Shown here: positions 1-11,186 of the stretch, one piece after another | Position numbering within the stretch: the stretch's first letter is position 1 | Layout: every line of letters begins with the position of its first letter | Assembly (NCBI GenBank): GCA_030390025.1 | Contig: CM059432.1 | Coordinates: 107,510,001 to 107,574,000, forward strand | Length of the DNA stretch: 64,000 nucleotides | From: Squalus acanthias | Taxonomy: Eukaryota | Direction: 5' to 3' | The notes under the pieces: model-generated | Seen by the model: only the letters and a program-made list of their open reading frames with translations | The model's database searches: none | Told to the model about the DNA's origin: nothing | Program-made: the position numbers and the translations under genes

Positions 1-515
1 TGTACTATCTACAAGATGCACTGCAGCAACTCACCAAGGCTTCTTCGGCAGCACCTCCCAAACCTGCGACCTCTACCACCTAGAAGGACAAGGGCAGCAG
101 GTGCATGGGAACACCACCACCTCCAAGTTCCCCTCCAAGTTGCACACCATCCTGAATTAGAAATATATCGCCGTTCCTTCATCGTCGCTGGGTCAAAATC
201 CTGGAACTCGCTCCCTAACAGCACTGTGGGAGCAATGTTCCCTTTAAGTTGCACGGCTACATGGCCGTGCAGCTCTCTGCAGCTCTTGCACAGCCGGCTC
301 ACCGGCTTTTAAATAGGAAAAACAGCGTATGCGCCGTATTTTGAATGGGCCGTGCACCAAAAAAAATTAAAGGGAACATTGTGTGGGAGTACCTTCACCT
401 CACAGACTGCAGCGGTTGAAAAAGGTGCCTCACCACCACCTTCTCAAGGGCAATTAGGGATGGGCAATAAATGCTGGCCTTGCCAGCGACGCCCACATCC
501 CATGAACGAATAAAC
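1..515 (+). mobile_element. 3' end of a non-LTR retrotransposon (CR1/L2/Jockey-group, clade unassigned), interrupted by a hAT MITE
   Basis: ORF2 C-terminal-like peptide RRSFIVAGSKSWNSLPNSTVG and a 3' UTR (GGGCAATAAATGCTGGCCTTGCCAGCGACGCCCACATCCCATGAA) that recurs at ~10200-10250 (+) and ~59850-59945 (-). Confidence 0.75.
233..381. mobile_element. Non-autonomous hAT-type MITE (149 bp)
   Basis: Perfect 15-bp TIRs CAATGTTCCCTTTAA / TTAAAGGGAACATTG; 8-bp TSD TGTGGGAG at 225-232 and 382-389. Confidence 0.9.
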
Positions 516-699
516 AAGAATTCCAGGCGCTTCCCACTGAAACCCGTCAGTCAGTCAACATAAGCCCTCCTTCCACTGGGGAATCACTTAGAGGAGATCA
601 CCTCTTCTAAGTTACCACTGGATCCCTAAGGATCTATCCTTGGCCCCTTTCTATTTCTCATCTACATGCTGCCCCTCGGCGACATCATCTGAAAACACT

Positions 700-950
700 A
701 ATACAAAAGCAAAATACCGCGGATGCTGGAAATCTGAAATAACAACAGAAAATGCTGGAAACATTTTGCCTTTCCTCCCCTACTCCTCCTCCTGTCCCTG
801 CCCCTACACTTGCTTAAAAATCTGTTACCTCTCTAACTGTTTCCAATTATGACAAAGGGTCATTGACCTGAAACGTTGACTCTGTTTCTCTCTCCATGGA
901 TGCTGCCTGACCTGCTGAGTGTTTCCAGTATTTTCTGTTGTTATTTCATT
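700..950. mobile_element. Short Penelope-like (pseudo-LTR-derived) insertion with an inverted terminal segment
   Basis: 10-bp TSD TGAAAACACT at 690-699 and 951-960. 735-763 is the reverse complement of ~920-948. The body matches the 3' region of the Penelope-like element at 58300-58490, including a decayed hammerhead motif at ~845-882. Confidence 0.75.
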
Positions 951-1240
951 TGAAAACACTTCAGATTCCACATGTACGCTGATGACACCGAGCTCTACCT
1001 CACCACCACCTCTCTCAACCCCTCCACTGCATCTGATTTGTCGCGCTGCTTGTCTTGTCCGACATTCAACATTGGATGAACAGAAATTTCTTCCAATAAA
1101 ATATTGGGAAGACTGACGTCACTGTCTTCGGCCCCCACCACAAACTCTGTTCCCTAGCCACAGAATCCATCCCTCTCCCTGGGAACTGTCTGAGGCTGAA
1201 CCAGACTGTTCGCAACCTTGGTGTCGTATGTGACCCCGAG

Positions 1241-4200
1241 ATGAGTTTCCGACCACATATCCTCTCCATCATATGGCAGGGGAATGGGAACCTATGTAGC
1301 GAAACAGGGGGAAGTAATATGCAGTCAGAAACAAATGTTAGAAGGGTGAGAAACAATAGGGGAAGGCCGAGTAAACAAAGGCAAGAAACACAAAGGGCCA
1401 TACTAAATCATAAGTCTAAAAGGACAAAGGATGTTAATAAAACAAGCCTAAAGGCTCTGTGTCTTAATGCAAGGAGTATCCGTAATAAGGTGGATGAATT
1501 GACTGTGCAAATAGATGTTAACGGATACGATGTGATTGGGATTACAGAGACGTGGCTCCAGAACAATCAAGGCTGGGAACTGAACATCCAGGGGTATTCA
1601 ACATTCAGAAAGGATAGAATAAAAGGAAAAGGGGGTGGGGTAGCATTGCTGGTTAAAGAGGAGATTAATGCAATAGCTAGGAAGGACATCAGCTTGGAGG
1701 ATGTGGAATCAATATGGGTTGAGCTGCAGAACACCAAAGGGCAGAAAACGTTAGTGGGAGTTGTGTACAGACCTCCAAACAGCAGTAGTGAGGTGGGGGA
1801 GGGTATGAAACAGGAAATCAGAGGTGCGTGCAAAAAAGGCACGGCAGTTATCATGGGTGACTTTAATATGCATATAGATTGGGCTACTCAAACTGGAAGC
1901 AATACGGTGGAGGAGGATTTCCTGGAGTGTTTAAGGGATGGTTTCCTAAACCAATATGTTGAGGAACCAACTCGAGGGGAGGCCATCCTGGACTGGGTGT
2001 TGTGTAATGAGGAGGGACTAATCAGCAATCTTGTGGTACGAGGCCCCCTGGGGAAGAGTGACCATAGTATGGTGGAGTTCTACATTAGGATGGAGAAGGA
2101 AACAGGTAAGTCAGAGACCATGGTCCAGAACTTAAATAAGGGCAACTTTGAGGGTATGAGGCGTGAATTGGCGAGGTTAAATTGGCAAGCGATATTTAAG
2201 GGGCTATCAGTGGAAGGGCAATGGCAGACATTTAGAGATCGCATGGATGAACTACAACAATTGTACATCCCGGTCTGGCATAAAAATAAAAAAGGGAAGG
2301 TGGCTCAACCATGGCTAACAAGGGAAATCAGGGATAGTATTAAAACCAAGGAAGTTGCATACAAATTGGCCAGAAGTAGCAGCAAACCCCGGGACTGGGA
2401 GAACTTCAAAACTCAGCAGAGGAGGACGAAGGGTTTGATTAGGGCAGGGAAAATAAAATATGAAAGGAAGCTTGCAGAGAACATTAAAATGGACTGCAAA
2501 AGCTTCTATAAATATGTAAAAAGAAAGAGGTTAGTAAAAACAAACGTAGGTCCCCTGCAGTCGGAAACAGGGGAAGTCGTAATGGGGAACAAGGAAATGG
2601 CAGATCAATTGAACAAGTACTTTGGTTCGGTGTTTACTGTGGAGGACACACACAACCTGCCGGAAATAAAAGGGGTCAGAGGATCTGGTAAGAGGGAGGA
2701 GCTGAGGGAAATCCTTATTAGTCGGGAAAAGGTATTGGGGAAATTGATGGGACTGAAGGCTGAAAAATCCCCGGGGCCTGATGGTCTGCATCCCAGAGTA
2801 CTTAAGGAGGTGGCCTTGGAAATAGTGGATGCATTGACGATCATTTTCCAACATTCCTTCGACTCTGGATCAGTTCCGATGGAGTGGAGGGTGGCCAATG
2901 TAACCCCTCTTTTTAAAAAAGGAGGGAGGGAGAAAGCAGGGAATTATAGACCGGTCAGCCTGACATCGGTCGTGGGTAAAATGATGGAAGCAATTATTAA
3001 AGATGTCATAACAGACCATTTGGAAAGTGGCGACATGATAGGTCCAAGTCAGCATGGATTTGTGAAAGGGAAATCATGCTTGACAAATCTTCTCGAATTT
3101 TTTGAGGATGTTTCCAATAGGGTGGACAGGGGGGAACCAGTAGATGTGGTGTATTTGGACTTTCAGAAGGCCTTCGACAAGGTCCCACACAAGAGATTGG
3201 TGAGCAAAGTTAAAGCACATGGGATTGGGGGTAATGTGTTGACGTGGATTGAGAACTGGTTGGCACACAGGAAACAAAGAGTAGGAGTAAATGGGTACTT
3301 TTCAGAATGGCAGGCAGTGACCAGCGGGGTACCGCAGGGTTCGGTGCTGGGACCCCAGCTGTTTACATTATATATTAATGATTTGGACGAAGGGATTAAA
3401 TGTAATATCTCCAAATTTGCGGATGACACTAAATTGGGAGGCAGTGTGAACAATGAGGAGGATGCTAGGAGGCTACAGAGTGACTTGGACAGGTTGGGTG
3501 AATGGGCAAATGTATGGCAGATGAAGTACAATGTGGATAAATGTGAGGTTATCCACTTTGGTGGTAAAAATAGAGAGGCGGACTATTACCTGAATGGTGG
3601 CAGATTAGGGAAAGGGGAGGTGCAACGAGACCTGGGCGTCATGGTACATCAGTCACTGAAGGTGGGAATGCAAGTGCAGCAGGCAGTCAAGAAAGCAAAC
3701 GGAATGATGGCCTTCATAGCAAGGGGATTTGAGTACAGGAGTAGGGAGGTGATGCTACAGTTGTACAGGGCCTTGGTGAGGCCACACCTGGAGTATTGTG
3801 CGCAGTTTTGGTCTCCTAACTTAAGGAAGGACATTCTTGCTATTGAGGGAGTGCAGCGAAGGTTCACTAGATTGATTCCTGGGATGGCCGGACTGACATA
3901 TCAAGAAAGATTGGGTCAACTGAACTTGTATCCTCTGGAGTTCAGAAGAATGAGGGGGGATCTTATAGAGACATTTAAAATCCTGACTGGTTTAGACAAA
4001 TTAGATGCGGGCAGAATGTTCCCAATGGTAGGGAAAACTAGAACCAGGGGTCACAGTCTAAGGATTAAGGGGAAGCCATTTAGGACTGAGCTGAGGAGGA
4101 ACTTCTTCACCCAGAGAGTGGTGAATCTATGGAATTCTCTTCCACAGAAGGTTGTTGAGGCCAGTTCGCTAAATATATTCAAAAGGGAGTTAGATATAAC

Positions 4201-4255
4201 ACTCACAACTAAGGGGATCAAGGGGTATGGCGAGAAAGCAGGAATGGGGTACTGA
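1241..4255 (+). CDS. CR1 ORF2: apurinic-like endonuclease + reverse transcriptase (1004-aa open frame; the first ~10 codons come from the flanking L2)
   Basis: APE motifs LNARS, ITETW, VYRPP, MGDFN, SDH; RT motifs [42 protein letters not shown]; no stops or frameshifts. Confidence 0.92.
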   Translation: MSFRPHILSIIWQGNGNLCSETGGSNMQSETNVRRVRNNRGRPSKQRQETQRAILNHKSKRTKDVNKTSLKALCLNARSIRNKVDELTVQIDVNGYDVIGITETWLQNNQGWELNIQGYSTFRKDRIKGKGGGVALLVKEEINAIARKDISLEDVESIWVELQNTKGQKTLVGVVYRPPNSSSEVGEGMKQEIRGACKKGTAVIMGDFNMHIDWATQTGSNTVEEDFLECLRDGFLNQYVEEPTRGEAILDWVLCNEEGLISNLVVRGPLGKSDHSMVEFYIRMEKETGKSETMVQNLNKGNFEGMRRELARLNWQAIFKGLSVEGQWQTFRDRMDELQQLYIPVWHKNKKGKVAQPWLTREIRDSIKTKEVAYKLARSSSKPRDWENFKTQQRRTKGLIRAGKIKYERKLAENIKMDCKSFYKYVKRKRLVKTNVGPLQSETGEVVMGNKEMADQLNKYFGSVFTVEDTHNLPEIKGVRGSGKREELREILISREKVLGKLMGLKAEKSPGPDGLHPRVLKEVALEIVDALTIIFQHSFDSGSVPMEWRVANVTPLFKKGGREKAGNYRPVSLTSVVGKMMEAIIKDVITDHLESGDMIGPSQHGFVKGKSCLTNLLEFFEDVSNRVDRGEPVDVVYLDFQKAFDKVPHKRLVSKVKAHGIGGNVLTWIENWLAHRKQRVGVNGYFSEWQAVTSGVPQGSVLGPQLFTLYINDLDEGIKCNISKFADDTKLGGSVNNEEDARRLQSDLDRLGEWANVWQMKYNVDKCEVIHFGGKNREADYYLNGGRLGKGEVQRDLGVMVHQSLKVGMQVQQAVKKANGMMAFIARGFEYRSREVMLQLYRALVRPHLEYCAQFWSPNLRKDILAIEGVQRRFTRLIPGMAGLTYQERLGQLNLYPLEFRRMRGDLIETFKILTGLDKLDAGRMFPMVGKTRTRGHSLRIKGKPFRTELRRNFFTQRVVNLWNSLPQKVVEASSLNIFKRELDITLTTKGIKGYGEKAGMGY

Positions 4256-4352
4256 GGTAGCATGTTCAGCCATGAACGCATTGAATGGCGGTGCAGGCTC
4301 GAAGGACCGAATGGTCTACTCCTGTACCTATTTTCTATGTTTCTATGTTTCT
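1273..4352 (+). mobile_element. CR1 LINE, 5'-truncated upstream of ORF2, ORF2 intact
   Basis: Full APE+RT ORF, CR1 3' UTR with TTTCTATG tandem tail, probable 5-bp TSD ATCAT (1268-1272 / 4353-4357). Confidence 0.93.
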
Positions 4353-5779
4353 ATCATCAAGACCGCCTACTTCCACCTCTGTAACATCGCCCGACTCCGC
4401 CCCTGCCTCAGTCCATCTGCTGCTGAAACCCTCAACCATGCTTTTTATTTTACCTCCAAACAGGACTATTCCAGTGCTCTCCTGACTTGCCTCTCATCTT
4501 CCACCTTCTGTAAACTTGAGCTCATCCAAAACTCTGCTGCCCATATCCTAACTCGCACCAAGTCCCGTTCACCCATCACCTTTGTCCTACATTGGCAGCC
4601 GATCCAACAACGACTTAAAAATTTTCATCCTTGCGTTCAAAACCCTCCATGGCCTCGCCCCTCCCTATCTCTGTAACCTCCTCCAGCCCTACAACCCTCC
4701 AAGAAATCTGCGTTCCTCCAATTCTGACCTCTTGTGCATGCCCGATTTCCTTTGCCCCTCCATTGGTCGCCGTGTCTTCAGCTGCCTAGGCCCTAAGCTC
4801 TGAAATCCCCTCCCTAAACCGGTCTTCCTCTCTAACTCGCTCTCCTTCTTTAAGACACTCCTTAAAACCTACCTCTTTGACTAAGCTTTTGGTCACCTGT
4901 CCTAATATCTCGGTATCAAATTTTGTCTGATAATGCTCCTGCGACACGCCTTGGGACGTTTTACCATGTTAACGGCGCTATATAAATGGAAGTAGTTGTT
5001 GTTGTCACAGGGTGGGGATTAGACGGCGGAGACAATGCACCAGCACTACGGGGAAGTGTTGTGAGAAAAAAAGAGACACACGATACAAGGTAGGTGAATA
5101 AATTGGTAGCTCTGTATTTGAACTGCAGAGTTTCATTGTTGGCAGGAAGTGCGCATTTTCAGGAACTTCCCCCCGACACGCAATTTCCACCAGCATAACC
5201 ATATAGATCAACCAGAATTACCAGGCTAAAATACTAAATTGCCACCTGTAGCAGCGTGAAGATGAAGTGCCTGCACAGACACCTTTCTGATCCAGACGTG
5301 TGGCTCAGTTAGTCCTGTTTGGATCAATAATAAGAGTTTGGATTAAATCTGGGATGAATCTAAACTGCTACAGCTTTATCTGTGAACACAGGACTACTTC
5401 AGCCTCACATGAACTCTTGGTTGCTCCACCTTCAACTTCAGACAGTCTGGGAATGACGGAGCTGTTGAGTCACTGCAGCTTTGAGATCTTAACTCCCTTG
5501 AGGTAGGTTAGGCCAGACTCATTATGTGGTCTAGTGCTTGCTGTCTGCCTTCACCACACCAGAATTACACCTCACCCAAAGTACTGAATACTTCTTCACT
5601 CCCAACATTTTCTTATATATAACACATCACGAATAGTTCTGAGAACTTGATAGCTAATTTAATCACAAGGATGCAATGCCTCCTTTTTTTTGGAAAGAAG
5701 AAATATCACAATTACGCTTAAAACAATTTTACAGAGAGGGAAAAGTGTGCGTTCGATACAATGCAGGTCAGAGGACAAA

Positions 5780-6386
5780 TCTTAAGGAGCGTTTGCTCCT
5801 GGAATGAGAATGCGCCTACTGGAGTGCATTTTAGGAAATCGCAGGTGCCAACCTCACGATTTCCCAATATGGGCTTGTTACAAGCCCCACTCCAGAGACT
5901 TGAGCACAGAATCGGATAACGTGGTAAAATGTCCCAAGGTATCGGCCTGCCGGTGCAAACTGGGCACACGGAACGATCCCTGTGTTGGAACATGTAGGCC
6001 CGAGGCTCAATTGAAATTGGGCCTCGAGCCTAGTTTAAATTAGACTGCCGAGCTACGGACGCCTGCTGCACATCCCCAGGCTTATCACCGGTTAAGCAGA
6101 CATCAATTTTGGGCCACTGCGATTCAAGCATTTTTTAAGAAACTTACCTTTTTGGCGACCCCTTTAAAGACCATTGGTTAGGCCACATGTAGACCTGGTT
6201 ATCCTGAACGCAGCCAGGAGCAGCCCAATTTTGTGAGGAGATCGTAAAACAGGCATTAGGCCCCTCACTAATGCCCCCTTTAGGCATTTGCCCATGACGC
6301 CTAAAAAAAGGGCCCACAAGAATTGGAGTGCTTTGCACACATTTTACATCCGAAAAATGGGAGCGACACAAAACAATTTCTACCCT
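5780..6386. mobile_element. Possible degraded Harbinger-like MITE
   Basis: CpG-rich island ending in AATTTCTACCC, which resembles the TIRs of other MITEs here; internal imperfect palindrome at 5995-6032; left TIR not found. Confidence 0.35.
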
Positions 6387-6486
6387 GTTGTCTCCTACAC
6401 CAGAACTGCTTTAAGCAGCTCCCTAGCTGAAGTCAGACAAATTTCTTTTTTATAGGTGCAGGTGTTCTGATAGTTGCAGAGATTCT

Positions 6487-6942
6487 TGCCCTGTGCTCAC
6501 TGAACCTACATTGGCTCCCGGTTAAGCAACACCTTGATTTCAAAATTCTCATCCTTGTTTTCAAATCCCTCCATGGCCTCGCCCCTCCCTATCTCTGTAA
6601 TCTCCTTCAGCCCCACAGCCCCCAGAGATATCTGCGCTCCTCTAATTCTGCCCTCTTGAGCATCCCTGATTATAATCGCTCAACTATTGGTGGCCGTGCC
6701 TTCTGTTGCCTAGGCCCTAAGCTCTGGAATTCCCTGCCTAAACCTCTCAGTTTCTCTACCTCTTTCTTGCTTTATGACGCTCCTTAAAACCTACCTCTTT
6801 GACCAAGCTTTTGCTCACCTGCCCTAATTTCTCCTTATATGGCTTGGTGTCAAATTTTTTGTCTTATAATACTCCTGTGAAGCGCCTTGGGACATTTTAT
6901 TAATTTAAAGGCGCTATATAAATACAAGTTGTTGTTGTTGTT
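6487..6942 (+). mobile_element. L2-type LINE 3' fragment
   Basis: Homologous to 4570-5004; ends GGCGCTATATAAATACAAGTTGTTGTTGTTG. Confidence 0.85.
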
Positions 6943-7047
6943 ATACAAGTCAGATTACTACTGCACTAAGCAGACATTGGTATAAAATCTCATTTGTGGA
7001 ATCCTGCTGCTCCTGGGTGCTGCACGAACCTGACTGAGAGGGGGTTG

Positions 7048-7140
7048 AATCATAGAATCTTACAGCACAGAAGGAGGCTATTTGACCCATCGTGCCTCTT
7101 TGAAAGAGCTGCCCAATTAGTCCCATTCCACCGCCTTTCC
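7048..7140 (-). mobile_element. CR1 3' UTR fragment
   Basis: AATCATAGAATCTTACAGCACAGAAGGAGGC matches the CR1 3' end at 19254-19300. Confidence 0.6.
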
Positions 7141-7145
7141 CTGTA

Positions 7146-7449
7146 GATAAGAAAGACTTGCATTTATATAGCGCTTTTCACGACTTCAGGACGTCCCAAA
7201 TGGTTTACAGCCAATTAAGTACTTTTGAAGTGCAGTCACTGTTGTAATGTAGGGAAAAGCATCAGTTGTTTTGCATTTAGCAAGGTCCCACAAACAGCAA
7301 TGTGATAATGACCAGATAATATGTTCTAGTGATGTTGGTTGAAGGATAAATATTGGCCAGGATACCGGGGAGAACGCACCTTTTTTTGAATAGAGCCATG
7401 GGATCTCTTACGTCAAGCGTGTTAGCCTGGATTCGGTGCTCAAGTCTCT
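7146..7449 (-). mobile_element. tRNA-derived SINE with Deu-like core and L2-type tail (SacSINE1-like)
   Basis: Reverse complement matches 11187-11472 (CCAATATTTATCC.TCAACCAACATCAC core); the tail ACTTGCATTTATATAGCGC is shared with the L2 3' ends. Confidence 0.7.
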
Positions 7450-7682
7450 AATCATCAAATGCGCTCTACATTCAAATTGTTCAGACTGTGTTAAAACCTG
7501 CCATTGAGTTGCCTGTGTTAACAAAAGGGACACGGCTTTAAGCAGAAACTTCGACTATTCCTTCTCATCTACTGCCCTCTGCTGCTGAAGTACCTCAAGC
7601 GCCTTAAAATAAGACTGAACTCATCCATGACATCAACAGCAGTTGTTTGTGGATTCAAATGTAGCTTCAGGCTGTGTCTTTC

Positions 7683-10200
7683 GTTGGTCCCTTAGAGGCT
7701 GAGACAGGAGAAATTATTATGGGGAATAAGGAAATGGCAGAAACATTAAACAAATATTTTGTATCTGTCTTTACAGTAGAAGACACAAAAAGCATACCAA
7801 AAATGGTGGGAACCAAGGGTCTAATGAGGATGAGGAACTTAACGTAATTAATATAAGTAGAGAAAAGTACTAGAGAAACTAATGGGACTAAAAGCCGACA
7901 AATCCCCTGGACCTGACGGCCTACATCCTAGGGTTCTAAAAGAGGTGGCTGAAGAGATAGTGGATGCATTGGTTTTGATCTTCCAAAATTCCCTAGATTC
8001 TAGAACGGTCCCAGCGGATTGGAAGGCCGCAGATGTAACCCCGCTATTCAAGAAAGGAGGGAGAGAAAACAGGGAACTACAGGCCAGTTAGCCTGACATC
8101 AGTCATTGGGAAAATACTGGAATCCATTGTTAAGAAAGTGGTACCAGGGCACTTAGAAAATCATAACATGATTAGTCAACATGGTTTTATGAAAGGGAAA
8201 TCGTGTTTGACAAATTTATTAGAATTTTTGAGGATGTAACTAGCTGGGTAGATAAAGGGGAACCAGTGGATGTAGTATATTTGGATTTCCAAAAGGCATT
8301 TGATAAGGTGCCTCATAAAAGGTTATTACACAAGATTAGGGTTCATGGGGTTGGGGGTACTATATTAGCATGGATAGAGGATTGGCTAACTAACAGAAAA
8401 CAGAGAGTTGGGATAAATGGGTCATTTTCAGGTTGGCAAACTGTAACTAGTGGGGTGCCACAGGGATCAGTGCTGGGGCCTCAACTATTTACAATCTATA
8501 TTAATGACTTGGATGAAGGGACAGAGTGTACTGTAGCCAAATTTGCTGATGATACAAAGATAGGTGGGAAAGCAAGTTGTGAGGAGGACACAAAGGGCTG
8601 GATTTTGATACTGGGGCGGGTTGGGGTCGTGTCATCCACATTTCGTGTTATCCACCCGCCTGCAATTAGATGTGGGAGATTGATGCAATTTTCACTTAAT
8701 TGGGCAATTGAGTTCCAGCATGTGGGAACCCATGAGCCAATTAGTGGTTTCAGTCTGAAAGTCGCCTCTGATGATGTCATCATTGCTGCTGCATTGCAGG
8801 TCAGAGACTGCCTGGTCTCAGAGATTGCCTGGCCTTTGCTGTGAGAGGACCTGGATGCAAAATAAGCAGCATCTCAGAGAGAGAGAGAGAGATTGATTTT
8901 TTTTTCCATCCAGGTCTTCCAAAGGCCAGGCAGTCTCTGAAGACATTCAATGCAGCAGCATCAGAGGCGACTTTCAGACCTAATACTACTACTACCTTCA
9001 TCACATCGCTGTTGTAATAGTGGACCTGCAGCTGATAGTCAGCTATCCACTTGTGCTCCCGCCAGGTTTCACTGGCGTGTTTCACATCAGGTGTACTTCA
9101 TGTCGGAAAAGGGTTAAACTAGCTAAAACGTTTCAAAATGGCATTACAGAGCCAATTTAGGGCTTGTTAAGGGCTTTAATGGCCTCTCCCGCCTCTTGGA
9201 GGCGGGACGGAGTCGGGAACCCCGCGACCCATTTTGTCAAAATTGCGTGGAGGAGGGTTGGAGGCGGGATGGGGTCGGGACCCCCGAATCTGCAACTTTA
9301 ACCCCCCACACGCCTCCAAACCCGACTCCACGGGTCATTGAAAATCCAGCCCAAAGAGTCTGCAAAGGAATGTAGACAGGTTAAGTGAGTGGGCAAAAAT
9401 TTGGCAGCTGGAGTATAATGTGGGGAAATGTGAGGTTATTCACTTTGGCAGGAAGAATAGAAAAACAGAATATTTTTTAAATGGTGAGAAACTTTCAAAT
9501 GTTGGTGTTCAGAGAGATTTGGGTGTCCTCGTGCAAGAAACACAGAAAGCTAGCATGCAGGTACAGCAAGCAATAAGGAAGGCAAATGGCATGTTGGCCT
9601 TTATTGCAAGGGGGTTGGAGTATAAGAGTAAGGAAGTCTTGCTACAATTGTACAGGGCCTTGGTGAGACCACACCTGGAGTACTGTGCACAGTTTTGGTC
9701 TCCTTATCTAAGGAAGGATATACTTGCCTTGGAGATGGTGCAACGAAGGTTCACTAGATTGATCCCTGGGATGAGAGGGCTGTCCTATGATGAGAGATTG
9801 TGTAGAATGGGCCTATATTCTCTGGAGTTTAGAAGAATGAGAGGTTATCTCATTGAAACATACAAGATTCTGAAGGGGATTGACAGGGTAGATGCTGAGA
9901 GGTTGTTTCCCCTGGCTGGAGTGTCTAGAACTAGGGGGCATAGTCTCAGGATAAGGGGAAGGCCATTTAAGACCGAGATTAGGTGGAATTTCTTCACTCA
10001 GAGGGTTGTGAATCTTTGGAATTCCCTGCCCCAGAGGGCTGTGAATGCTGAGTCTTTGAGTATATTCAAGGCTGAGATAGATAGATTTTTGGACTCTAGG
10101 GGAATCAAGGGATATGGAGATCGAGTGGGAAAGTGGAGTTGAGGTCGATGATCAGCCATGATCTTATTGAATGGCGGAGCAGGCTCGAGGGGCCATATGG
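7683..10200 (+). mobile_element. 5'-truncated, frameshifted CR1 LINE (RT region to 3' UTR), interrupted by a Harbinger MITE
   Basis: ORF pieces 7882-8091, 8203-8594 and 9420-10142 carry [23 protein letters not shown] and LEYCAQFWSP. Confidence 0.9.
8595..9352. mobile_element. Non-autonomous PIF/Harbinger element (758 bp)
   Basis: Perfect 12-bp TIRs GGGCTGGATTTT / AAAATCCAGCCC; 3-bp TSD AAA; left arm homologous to the Myb/SANT-encoding element starting at 62448. Confidence 0.88.
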
Positions 10201-10259
10201 GCAATAAATGCTGGCCTTACCAGCGACGCCCACATCCCATAAACAAATTTTAAAAAACT

Positions 10260-11111
10260 CACTAAGCCACTTCCAAAGGTGTGCACAAATCTGTCCAAGA
10301 ATGCAAAGTGCTGAAAATAAAGATTTCAATGTTTGACAGCACATTACCAGAAACTTCACATGAACATTGGTTAAACCACCCAAGTGCCTACCCTTGTGTG
10401 TTGTTAGTTGGTATGCTTGCAGTAGGATGAGGGTGAGTGTGAGGGGTGGCTAGTGAAAGGGGAAGTGATAATGTAGATAGAGAGGGATGGGTGGAGGTGC
10501 AAGATAAGTTGGTGCGAGTAAAGATGTGCAGGAGTAGGGTAGGGAAGGCAGAGTGATGGGGATGTGATGAGTGGCACTGCAGGATGAGGTTGAGTGTGGC
10601 TTGGCAGTAACGTTTAGTGATCAACTGGGATCATTGAAAGGCTTGCGCCACTGCAGCCTGGTCCTCCTGACGACATCCCTGCTTGTGTCCTCCAGTGTAA
10701 TATGCAACCAGGCTGTGTTGGTCTCCTGGGGAGGTCTCGTCCACCCATGGGAAGGGAAGAGAACCTCTCTGTGTGCTGTGACTCCCTCCATAAGCATATG
10801 GAGAGTCATGCGTGAGCCTGGGTGCAGCCGTGCATCTTTGTGCAGTGCTTGTCAGTGTTTGCAGCACCTCAATGCTGTAGAACACTGACAACAGAACTGT
10901 CAAAATCAATGTGGACATGGCCCCTTTAAGGAAACCGGCTGATGACGCGTCATCAAATGATGTCATCAGACCCGCTTCCTTTTAATTGGCCAGGAACCTC
11001 GCAGGGCGGGTCTAACAAGCCCCATCAACGTAAAATCACATGGAGAGTGCGGGCTGCAGTAGGCAGCAGGCTGGGACCGCGACACCGACCCCGGCCGCCA
11101 AAATCGTGGCC
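10260..11111 (-). mobile_element. Harbinger remnant with a decayed Myb/SANT-like exon
   Basis: TIR-like GGCCACGATTTT at 11111-11100; peptide LMEGVTAHREVLFP...AWLHI...RRTRLQWRKPFND (10621-10809) resembles the Myb/SANT exon at 62728-62967; left arm homologous to 53755-54080. Confidence 0.75.
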
Positions 11112-11186
11112 TACAACACAGAAACAGGTCGCTCGGCCCATCCAACCCATGTTGGTCTTTATTCTTCACATCACTAGCCCAAATTA

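Larger units (their letters stand above)
605..5004 (+). mobile_element. Degraded L2-type LINE, split by a Penelope-derived insert (700-950) and a CR1 (1273-4352)
   Basis: Relics of RT motifs GSILGP.LFLIYMLPLGDII, MYADDT.LYL and KTAYFHL.NIARLRP.LS; L2-type tail ending GGCGCTATATAAATGGAAGTAGTTGTTGTTG. Confidence 0.8.

Noticed and set aside
1567..3867. Antisense ORFs over CR1, Gypsy and RTE coding regions (here and elsewhere)
   Set aside because: These are shadow frames of the retroelement ORFs; they recur in each copy only because the sense sequence is conserved.
8203..8844. 213-aa ORF with an RT N-part and a novel C-terminus
   Set aside because: CR1 frame running into the inserted MITE at 8595.
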